Shown: positions 54,992 to 63,600 of the stretch, piece by piece
Numbering within the stretch: the stretch's first letter is position 1
How the letters are laid out: each line of letters begins with the position of its first letter
NCBI GenBank assembly: GCA_944321515.1
Contig: CALULO010000002.1
Location: 39,163 to 103,162 of the forward strand
Length of the DNA: 64,000 nt
Direction: 5' to 3'
From: an uncultured Atopobiaceae bacterium
GTDB taxonomy: Bacteria > Actinomycetota > Coriobacteriia > Coriobacteriales > Atopobiaceae
The notes under the pieces: generated by a model
What the model was told of the DNA's origin: nothing
Seen by the model: only the letters and a program-made list of their open reading frames with translations
The model's database searches: none
Translations under genes and position numbers: made by a program

Positions 54992-55036
54992 TCGTCCCCG
55001 TTCCCGGGGCTGGCGTCTCTCAGTCCTTCTCGCCGG

Positions 55037-56260
55037 CTAGGCCTTCTGGGGCACGCGGGCGGTGTCCTCGGGCGTGATGGTCATGGACTGGAAGCGGTTG
55101 GCCATGTACGTGTTGTCAAAGTGCTCGGCATAGAACTGCTCTACCGGTGAGTTCGGCTGTATGCCGCTCTCGCGCTCGTACCAGCACTCGAGCGCCTGCA
55201 GCGTCATGATGCCGTTCACCAGCATGAGCACGGCGCAGACGGTGGTCACGGCGTAGCGGGCCTTCCACGGGATGAGATTGATGAGCTTCAGCAGCCACGG
55301 CAGGCAGAGCTTGATCCACACGAAGCCGAGCGCGCCCCACATGCACATGAAGAGCGTGCTCGTGCGCCCGCCGAAGATCTCGGCGATGGGGTCCGGGAAG
55401 AGGCCGAAGATCGTGGAGCCGGAGTAGTCCCAGGCCACGGCGCCGAAGGCCGTCTGCATGAACCAGGAGACCGAGGCCTCGAAGAGCCCGCCGATCACGG
55501 CGGAGACCACAAAGATGACGATGGGGTTTGCCTTGTAGAAGCGGTTGAGCGCGATGGTCATGAGCACCGCGCCAAACCCGTAGATGGGCGAGAAGGGGCC
55601 GAAGAGCATGCCGGTGCGGTCCTGGTAGACGCCCGGGTCCACGACGACCATGTGGTAGACGGTCTCGATGACGAGGCCGAGCACGCAGCAGACCACGAAG
55701 ACCCAGAAGAGGTTGAAGAAGTCCAGCTCGATGAAGCCACGGTCGCCCTTGGCGCGTCCGAGGGTGCCGGCGCGAACGTCCTCAGCATCCTGCATGGTGC
55801 GCAGGTTGCGCTGGATGCGGCGCTCGGTGATGAGCGTGGGGTCGATGGTGGAGGCAATCACGATGAGGATGACGATCTGCACGGCACCCGAGATGAGGTT
55901 GTCACCGAAGCCGCGCAGCATGATCTCCACGACCATCTCCACGACCTCGAGCGCGATGAGGCCGTAGGCAAGCTGGGCCACGTGGCGCCGCCTGTTCTTG
56001 AGCATGAGCACTCCGAACGTGGCGAAGGCCGCCGCGCTCACAAAGAGCAGGACTACCTGGACGACGGAGAGGATGAGGGTCAACGTGACGTTGTGGCTCC
56101 CCTGGAAGATCTGGTAGCCGGAGGTGGCGATCACAAAGGCCAGAAACGCGCCCATGACAAGCACGAGCACGCCGGCTATGAGGCACAAAAGCCCGTAGAT
56201 ACGACCTATCAGGGGGATCTTCTTGCTTTCGGAGCGCTTCTCGGCGGGGGTCTCAGGCAT
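55037..56260 (-). CDS. Polytopic membrane protein with a C-terminal 'putative ABC-transporter type IV' (PF06541-like) domain
   Basis: It has about 9 TM segments. The C-terminal half (FFNLFWVFVVCCVLGLVIE...FGPFSPIYGFG) resembles the PF06541 family. Confidence 0.6.
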   Translation of the reverse strand: MPETPAEKRSESKKIPLIGRIYGLLCLIAGVLVLVMGAFLAFVIATSGYQIFQGSHNVTLTLILSVVQVVLLFVSAAAFATFGVLMLKNRRRHVAQLAYGLIALEVVEMVVEIMLRGFGDNLISGAVQIVILIVIASTIDPTLITERRIQRNLRTMQDAEDVRAGTLGRAKGDRGFIELDFFNLFWVFVVCCVLGLVIETVYHMVVVDPGVYQDRTGMLFGPFSPIYGFGAVLMTIALNRFYKANPIVIFVVSAVIGGLFEASVSWFMQTAFGAVAWDYSGSTIFGLFPDPIAEIFGGRTSTLFMCMWGALGFVWIKLCLPWLLKLINLIPWKARYAVTTVCAVLMLVNGIMTLQALECWYERESGIQPNSPVEQFYAEHFDNTYMANRFQSMTITPEDTARVPQKA

Positions 56261-56426
56261 GGTGCCTCCTTGGTTGAATCATGGATTAACACCATCGTAG
56301 CCGAGGGAGGGGGGTCGGTGTGGCAGGGGGAGGGGCCGCAGGAGAAGATCGTGCGGCAAACGGGGCTAGCAACGTCCCTCCTCCCGCTCTTATCGCCAGA
56401 TAAGAAAAATGGCGTTAATTATCACT

Positions 56427-56454
56427 TTACTAGTAACGGTATGTCACTTATATT
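56427..56454 (+). promoter_or_regulatory. Candidate promoter of the alcohol dehydrogenase gene
   Basis: TTACTA-N16-TATATT lies in an AT-rich stretch, 31 nt upstream of the ATG at 56485. The -35 box sits inside the 10 bp palindrome TTACTAGTAA. Confidence 0.5.
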
Positions 56455-56484
56455 TAACGGGCGGACAGTGACGAAGGGAGCATC

Positions 56485-57660
56485 ATGCTGGGCAACTTCA
56501 CCTATCACAACCCGACCAAGGTTATTTTTGGCAAGGACGCCATGGACGCCCTCGTCGGTGAGCTCGAGGCGTACGGCCCGACGGTCCAGCTTGTCTACGG
56601 GGGCGGGTCAATCAAGAGGAACGGTGTCTACGACCAGGTCCGGGAGGCGCTCGCCCGCGCGGGGAAGACCGTGGTGGAGGACGGCGGCGTCATGCCCAAC
56701 CCCACGGTCGAGAAGCTGAACGAGGGCGTGGCCATTGCGCGCGAGAACAAGGTAGACCTCATTCTGGCCGTGGGCGGGGGCTCGTGCATCGACTACGCCA
56801 AGGGGGTGGCCGTGAGCGTCAACCTGCCGGCCGGGAGGGACCCGTGGCAGACCTACTGGGTGGACTTCGAGGAGCCTGCGTGCGAGGTCGTGCCGGTGGG
56901 CGCCGTGCTCACGATGGTGGGCACCGGCTCGGAGATGAACTGCGGCTCGGTCATCACCAACCACGAGACCAAGATGAAGGTCGGGCACGTCTTTGCCAGC
57001 CCGGACGTGTTCCCCAAGTTCGCGGTGCTTAACCCCGAGTTCACGTTCACCCTGCCCCGCTATCAGATGGTCGCCGGCATCTTTGACATCATGAACCACA
57101 TCACCGAGCAGTACTTCTCGGGCACGGACGACAACACCTCCGACTATCTGGCCGAGGGCCTCATGCGCAGCCTCGTCGTGGCGAGCCGCGCGGCCGTGAG
57201 GAACCCCGAGGACTACGAGGCGCGCTCCAACATCATGTGGTGCGCAACCTGGGCGCTCAACACGCTCATCGCGCAGGGCAAGGCCACGGACTGGGAGGTC
57301 CACATGCTCGGCCAGGCCGTGGGCGCCCATACTGACGCCACGCACGGCATGACGCTCTCCGCGGTGGCCCTTCCGTACTATCGCCTGATCATGCCGTATG
57401 GCGCGCTGAAGTTCGCGCGCTTTGCCACGGCCGTGTGGGACGTGGACGCCGCCGGCAAGAGTGCCGAGCAGGTGGCCGCCGAGGGCCTGGACAGGATGGA
57501 GGCCTGGATGCGTGAGATCGGCTGCGTGATGAGCATCTCCGAGCTTGGCGTTACCGAGGACATGCTCGAGGCCCTGGCGGACTCCACCCTCATCATGCGG
57601 GGCGGCTACCACGCCCTCACGCGTGACGAGGTCATCGAGGTCTTCCGCGCCAGCCTCTAG
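56485..57660 (+). CDS. Iron-containing (group III) alcohol dehydrogenase, YqhD/BdhA-like
   Basis: It has the Fe-ADH motifs (GGGSxIDxAK, GTGSE, the His-rich metal site HxxxH). The RBS is GAAGGGAG. Confidence 0.9.
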   Translation: MLGNFTYHNPTKVIFGKDAMDALVGELEAYGPTVQLVYGGGSIKRNGVYDQVREALARAGKTVVEDGGVMPNPTVEKLNEGVAIARENKVDLILAVGGGSCIDYAKGVAVSVNLPAGRDPWQTYWVDFEEPACEVVPVGAVLTMVGTGSEMNCGSVITNHETKMKVGHVFASPDVFPKFAVLNPEFTFTLPRYQMVAGIFDIMNHITEQYFSGTDDNTSDYLAEGLMRSLVVASRAAVRNPEDYEARSNIMWCATWALNTLIAQGKATDWEVHMLGQAVGAHTDATHGMTLSAVALPYYRLIMPYGALKFARFATAVWDVDAAGKSAEQVAAEGLDRMEAWMREIGCVMSISELGVTEDMLEALADSTLIMRGGYHALTRDEVIEVFRASL

Positions 57661-57708
57661 GGTGCCTTCGACCCTAATCGCCCGACAACTCGACCAGAGG
57701 AGCCGTCT

Positions 57709-58254
57709 ATGAAGAAGGACCTGGGAAGCCTACTCGCCCTCTACCCGATGCCCGCCACGATCGTGGGCGCGATGGTCGACGGCAGGCCCAACTGGATGCA
57801 GGTGGCGCACGTGGGCGTCATCGGCCACGACCGCATCATGATCAGCTGCATGTCCAGCCACCACACCAACAAGGGCATCCGTGAGACCGGCGTTGTCTCG
57901 GTGAGCCTGTGCGACCGCGCGATGCTTCCCGAGCTTGACCGTGCGGGCGGGGCGTCTGGGGCAAGGGTGGACAAGTCCGGCCTCCTTGCCTGGTCTGTCG
58001 CGGGAAACGGTGCGCCGGTTCCCGAGAAGGCCCCACTGACGCTGGCCTGCCACGTCGTGGACATCTACGAGACCAAGGGCTTTGACAACTTCGTGCTTGC
58101 CATCGACGCCACGCTCGTGGAAGAGGGCCGGTTGGACGACGCCGGCAAGCCGGACTTCGGCAAGATCGCCCCGGTGCTCTTTGAGTTCCCCACGTACTCC
58201 TACTACGCTACCGGCGAGAGGCTCGGCGCCTGTCTGAGCTTTAGAGACGAGTAA
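57709..58254 (+). CDS. Flavin reductase-like FMN-binding domain protein
   Basis: The Flavin_Reduct-type N-terminus is LYPMPATIVGAMVDGRPNWM. The ORF is 181 aa. Confidence 0.75.
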   Translation: MKKDLGSLLALYPMPATIVGAMVDGRPNWMQVAHVGVIGHDRIMISCMSSHHTNKGIRETGVVSVSLCDRAMLPELDRAGGASGARVDKSGLLAWSVAGNGAPVPEKAPLTLACHVVDIYETKGFDNFVLAIDATLVEEGRLDDAGKPDFGKIAPVLFEFPTYSYYATGERLGACLSFRDE

Positions 58255-58277
58255 CAGGTGCGCGACAGGGGGCAGAA

Positions 58278-58610
58278 ATGGCGATCACGATGAACCTGTA
58301 CTACACGGGGGAGGGCGGCGCTGCCCGCGCCTTTGCCGAGGAGATGGAGGCGTCCGGCGTGGCCGACGCCGTCCGCGCGGAGGAGGGCAACGTCAGCTAC
58401 CGCTACTTCCAGCCGCTTGACGACCCCGAGACGGTCCTGCTCATCGACAGCTGGGCGGACCAGGGGGCGCTCGACGCCCATCACGCCTCGCCGATGATGG
58501 GCGCCATAGCCGAGCTGCGTGAAAAGTACGACCTCCACATGCGCGCGGAACGATTCGTCACCGACGAGGAGGGAATGCCTGGCCGCGACGCGGCGTTCCT
58601 CCGCAAGTAG
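58278..58610 (+). CDS. Antibiotic-biosynthesis-monooxygenase (ABM) domain protein
   Basis: The 110 aa ORF has a ferredoxin-like ABM pattern (YRYFQPLDDPETVLLIDSWADQGALDAH). Confidence 0.7.
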   Translation: MAITMNLYYTGEGGAARAFAEEMEASGVADAVRAEEGNVSYRYFQPLDDPETVLLIDSWADQGALDAHHASPMMGAIAELREKYDLHMRAERFVTDEEGMPGRDAAFLRK

Positions 58611-58685
58611 GCTCTCGCTGTCGTCTGGTGACTCCCCGCTCTCGGCGTGTCCCGGCGTCCGACCGGGGCCGACGCCGTGGGGCGG

Positions 58686-58927
58686 GCGCAAAAGTGCCCT
58701 TCGTGAGGTGAAGACGGTTTCAGGCGTGCAAAAGCGCCCTTCGTGAGGTGGCTTTTTTCGACCAAAATGGCTCTTTGCAGAGTATCAGATAATTGTGTTT
58801 TACATATATGCTGGTAGGAGGGCCATTAAAAGAGGGAGCTACTCGGCCTCTCCCCGAAAAGTCACCTCACGAAGGGCACTTTTGCACCGAGGCCCTCGTC
58901 TTCACCTCACGAAGGGCCCTTTTGCGC
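58686..58927. repeat. Nested inverted-repeat element (MITE-like or structured RNA/operator array)
   Basis: The outer arms 58686-58715 and 58898-58927 are reverse complements (29/30). The inner arms 58726-58750 and 58863-58887 are reverse complements (24/25). All four share CAAAAG-N-GCCCTTCGTGAGGTG. The 108 bp core between them is AT-rich. Confidence 0.75.
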
Positions 58928-59065
58928 AACGGGGAGCCCAGGCGAGGCGAATCTGACGGGTTCTTCGCGACGGGGTGATCCAGCATGGCAGATATATCCA
59001 ATATGAGCTCCGCCCGTCCTGCGGGAAGCTATCCAGCGGAACGAGACGTTACAAGGGGGTATGGC

Positions 59066-60091
59066 ATGGCGGGCATGGAATACACGCGGCTTGGCCGCTC
59101 GGGAATCAGGGTCAGCCGAATCTGCCTGGGAGGCATGAGCTTCGGAAAGCGCATTCCGGGCGGCCACCAGTGGACGATTGGCCCGGACGAGACGCGCGCG
59201 GTCATTGCCCGCGCGCTTGAGCTGGGCGTCAACTTCATCGATACGGCCAACTGCTACGCGGCGGGTACGAGCGAGGAGTACATCGGCGCCGCCCTGCGCG
59301 AACTGGGCGTCCCGCGCGAGGGGGTGGTTCTGGCGAGCAAGGTCTTCTTCAACGAGGGGTGGCTCTCCCGCGAGGCGATTCAGCGGGAGGTCGACGGCAC
59401 GCTTGCCCGTCTGCAGACCGACTACCTCGACCTCTACGTCATCCACCGATTCGACTACGGGACGCCCATCGAGGAGACCATGGAGGCTCTTGACGGCCTC
59501 GTGCGTGCCGGCAAGGTCCGTGCTCTCGGGGCAAGCGCGATGTACGCCTACCAGTTCCATAACATGCAGGAGGCGGCTGCCCGCAACGGCTGGACGCAGT
59601 TCACTTCCATGCAGAACCACTACAACCTGCTCTACCGCGAGGACGAGCGCGAGATGATTCCCGTCTGCCGCCAGTACGATGTGGCGCTCACGCCCTACAG
59701 CCCGCTGGCGTCCGGGCATCTGTGCCGCTCCACCTGGGATTCGGACTCGGAGCGCTCCGTGACGGACGCCACGATGCGCCAGAAGTATGATGCCGACCGC
59801 AGCCGCGACCTGCCGATCGTCGCGCGCGTGGCGCAGCTTGCCGACGAGCGGGGCGTGCCGATGGCGCGCATCGCGCTGGCGTGGCACTGGGCTCGCGGCG
59901 TGGCTGCTCCGATCGTGGGCTGCTCCCGGCCAGAGCGCGTGGACGAGGCAGTGGCGGCGCTCGGCGTGGGCCTCACGCCCGCTGAGGTGGCCTTCCTCGA
60001 GGAGCCCTACGTGGCGCACGAGCTCGTGGGACCGCTCGCCCGTCCTGGCGAGAAGCCCCTCGCGGGCACGAACGACCCCAACAAGAAGTAG
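59066..60091 (+). CDS. Aldo/keto reductase
   Basis: AKR signatures are present (MEYTRLGRSGIRVSRICLGGMSFG, DTANCY, LDLYVIHRFD). The ATG at 59066 follows AAGGGGG. Confidence 0.9.
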   Translation: MAGMEYTRLGRSGIRVSRICLGGMSFGKRIPGGHQWTIGPDETRAVIARALELGVNFIDTANCYAAGTSEEYIGAALRELGVPREGVVLASKVFFNEGWLSREAIQREVDGTLARLQTDYLDLYVIHRFDYGTPIEETMEALDGLVRAGKVRALGASAMYAYQFHNMQEAAARNGWTQFTSMQNHYNLLYREDEREMIPVCRQYDVALTPYSPLASGHLCRSTWDSDSERSVTDATMRQKYDADRSRDLPIVARVAQLADERGVPMARIALAWHWARGVAAPIVGCSRPERVDEAVAALGVGLTPAEVAFLEEPYVAHELVGPLARPGEKPLAGTNDPNKK

Positions 60092-60157
60092 CCCGGCGGG
60101 CCGTCGGGCTCGGCCGTCGGGCAGGGCTGGCTGCTCACGGACCCAGCGCGTCAGCGC

Positions 60158-60430
60158 CTAGGCGAGAATGACGGCGCGCTCAGGGTGCCTCTCGAACCAG
60201 GTGACGGCGTAGGAGCACGTCGGTCGCGCCAGCATGCCGCTCGCGGAGATGACGCTGGCCGCACGGGCGAGCAGCTCCCCGGCCACGCCCTGCCCGCGCA
60301 GGGACTCGTCGACGAAGGTGTGGTCGATCTCGACGACGCCGCGCTCCACCTCGGGGAAGGTGACCTCAGCGAGCATCGCCCCGTCCGTCCCGTAGATCCT
60401 CACCGCGTCGCGCTCTGCCATGCAGTACAT
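60158..60430 (-). CDS. GNAT-like N-acetyltransferase (YjdJ-type small acetyltransferase)
   Basis: The roughly 90 aa product has EIDHTFVDESLRGQGVAGELL...CSYA, typical of the PF14542 family. The RBS AAGGAGG precedes the ATG at 60430. Confidence 0.7.
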   Translation of the reverse strand: MYCMAERDAVRIYGTDGAMLAEVTFPEVERGVVEIDHTFVDESLRGQGVAGELLARAASVISASGMLARPTCSYAVTWFERHPERAVILA

Positions 60431-60666
60431 GGGGCCTCCTTTGTCTGGGTTGGCCCATTCTCGCATATGCGCGAGGCGCTCGCGGCCGTGACCCGCGCGG
60501 CGCGAGCCTGTCTCCGGGCTCCTCCGCACCAAGAAAGTAAGACTGCCTAAACTTGCGGAGAACTTGTGCCGCCGTCCCTCTCAAGTAGCAATTGGCTAAC
60601 AAATGCCAGAGGATAGTTAGCGGTTACTAACTACTTCCTTCGAGCGGTTTGGGAGGGGTCTCGCCC

Positions 60667-63600
60667 ATGATGATCAACAGGCGGCTCATCGGCTCTGTGC
60701 CGGAGAGCAAGAGGTACGTCGTGGCGAGCGTGGTGTGCCAGTGGACGGCGCTTCTTGCCAACATGACCATGGTGCTGGCGTTCTGCCGGCTGCTCGACGC
60801 GCTCCTGACCGGGTCTGCCATGCTGGCCGACCTCGCGCTCACCGCCGTCGTCGCGGCTGGGGCCATCGCCGTGCGCGCGGCGTGCACCGTGGGCTCCGCG
60901 CACGCGAGCTACCTGGCCAGCAGCGCCGTCAAGAAGACGCTGCGCCACCGCATCTACCAGAAGCTCCTGCGCCTGGGTCCCAGCTACCGAGAGCGTGCGG
61001 CGACCTCGGAGGTCGTGCAGGTGGCCGTGGAAGGGGTCGACCAGCTTGAGACTTACTTCGGCGCCTACCTCCCGCAACTCTTCTACGCCATGCTCGCGCC
61101 GCTCACGCTGTTTGCGGCGCTGGCCCTCATTGACGTGCCGGCGGCGTCGGTGCTCCTGGCGTGCGTGCCGCTGATCCCGGTGGCCATCGCAGCGGTCCAG
61201 ACGTGGGCAAAGAGGCTGCTCTCCAAGTACTGGGGTCAGTATGCCGAGCTCGGCGACACCTTCCTGGAGAACCTCCAGGGGCTCACCACCCTCAAGATCT
61301 ACCAGGCCGACGAGTTCAAGCAGCGGGAGATGAGCGAGCAGGCAGAGAAGTTCCGCCGCGTCACGATGCGCGTGCTCACGATGCAGCTCAACTCCATCAC
61401 GGTCATGGACCTCGTGGCATATGGCGGCGCGGCGGCCGGCATGGGCGTCGCCCTGGCACAGCTCGGCTCCGGCGCGCTGGGACCGGGCGGCTGCCTGGCC
61501 GTGATCTTGCTGGCGGCAGACTACTTCATCCCGATGCGACAGCTCGGTTCCTTCTTCCATGTGGCCATGAACGGCATGGCGGCAAGCGACAAGATCTTCC
61601 GCCTGCTCGACGCCGAGGAGCCGCCGGTCGCAGGCGAGAAGTACCCGGAGTGCGGGGACGTTGTCGCGCGCGGCCTGCGCTTCTCCTACGACGGCGAGCG
61701 AGAGGTCCTGCGCGGCGTCGATCTGGACGTGCCCGCGGGCTCCTTCGTGGCGGTGGTCGGCGAGTCCGGCTGCGGCAAGTCCACGCTGGCCTCGGTCCTC
61801 ATGGGGCGTGCCCGGGGCTACGTCGGCAGCGTGCGCGTGGGCGGCGTGGAGATTGCGGAGCTGGACGCCTCAGGCCTGCTGGCGCACGTCACCTACGTGG
61901 GGCACGAGAGCTACCTCTTCAAGGGCACGGTGCGCGAGAACCTCCTCATGGCCGCTCCGGGCGCCGGCGACTCGGCGCTCTGGGACGCTCTTGAGCGCGT
62001 GCGCCTGGCGGGGTTCCTGCGCGGGGAGGCTGGTCTGGACACGGTGCTTGCCGAGCGGGCGTCCAACCTCTCCGGCGGGCAGCGGCAGCGTCTGGCCATG
62101 GCCCGCGCCCTGCTCCATGACACTCCGACCTACCTCTTTGACGAGGCCACGTCCAACGTGGGCATGGAGAGCGAGGACGCCATCATGGACGTCGTCCGAG
62201 CGCTGGCGGCGGAGGCCGGGCGCACGGTGGTGCTCATCTCTCACTGCCTGGCCAACGTGGCGGACGCCGATGAGGTGCTCGTGATGGACGGCGGACGCGT
62301 GGTGGAGCGCGGGCGCCACGAGGCCCTTGCTGCCGAGGGCGGGGCATACGCGAGGCTCTGGCGCGCACAGCGCGAGCTGGAGGGCCCGACCACGGCCGAG
62401 GGCGTCCCCGCCGCACGCGAGGCTTCGGCTGCGGGAGGCTCCGTCGTCACGTGCGCCGCCGCGGGCGCTGACGCATGCGCCGTCGCGACGCACGCCGCCA
62501 CAGCCCCCGCGCGTCGCGGCGGGGCTGCGGTGATGGCGCGGCTCGTGGGGCTGGTGCGCCCGCTCACCGGCTTCATGGTGCTTGCGGTCATGATGGGCCT
62601 CATCGGGCACCTGTGCGCGGCGGCCATCACGGTGCTCGCCGGCTACGGCCTGCTTGGGCTTCTGGGTGACGCTGCCGGCCTGCCGCTTGCGGGCGTTGCC
62701 ATGGCGATGGCCGCCTGTGCGGTCGCGCGCGGGCTCCTGCGCTACGGGGAGCAGTCCTGCAACCACTTCATCGCGTTCAAGCTGCTCGCGCTCATCCGTG
62801 ACCGCGTGTTCCGGGCGCTGCGCCGCTGCGCGCCGGCCAAGCTCGAGGGGCGCGACCGCGGCAACCTGATCTCGGTCATCACCTCGGACATAGAGCTGCT
62901 CGAGGTCTTCTACGCGCACACCATCTCGCCGGCAGCCATCGCGGTGCTCTTCTGTGCTGTGGCCTGCGCGTTTATCGGCAGCCTCCACCCGGCGCTGGGT
63001 GTGCTCGCCCTTGTGGCGTACGTGGTGGTGGGCGGCCTGTGCCCGGCCGTCGCCTCGCGCCTTGCCGGGGACGCCGGCCAGCGCCAGCGCGACGGGGCCG
63101 GCGAGCTCTCCACCTTCGTGCTGGACAGCCTGCGCGGCCTTGACGAGATCCTCCAGTACGGCCGCGGGGCCGACCGCCTGGCGCAGATGGACGCGCGCTC
63201 CGCGCGGCTGGCCGCGAGCGAGGCCAGGCTCAAGCGCGCAACCGGGCTGGCCACGGCAATCACCAACGCGACGATCGTGGCCTTTGACCTGGCGATGCTG
63301 CTGCTTGCCGCGACGCTCAACCAGGCGGGCGAGCTGGCGTTCTCCGGGGTGCTGCTGAGCGTGCTCGCGCTCATGAGCTCCTTTGGGCCGTGCGTGGCGC
63401 TCGCGAGCCTCGGCTCCACGCTGCAGGGGACCTTTGCGGCAGGCAACCGCGTGCTCGACGTGCTCGACGACGAGCCGGTGACCGAGGAGGTCTCCGGCAT
63501 GCCCGTCGCCACGTTTGCGGGCGCGTCCGCCGAGCACGTGAGCTTTGCCTACGACGGGGAGCGCGTGCTGGACGACGTCTCCCTTGCGGCGCCCGAGGGC

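Noticed and set aside
58686-58927. The repeat cluster was considered as a CRISPR array.
   Set aside because: There are only four units, and they are arranged as nested inverted pairs rather than direct repeats with unique spacers. No cas genes are present in the window.
58793-58978. A 61 aa ORF lies inside the nested inverted-repeat element.
   Set aside because: It uses a TTG start without an RBS. Its sequence is dictated by the repeat arms (SPHEGHFC... mirrors the antisense translation of the other arms). It is more likely non-coding.
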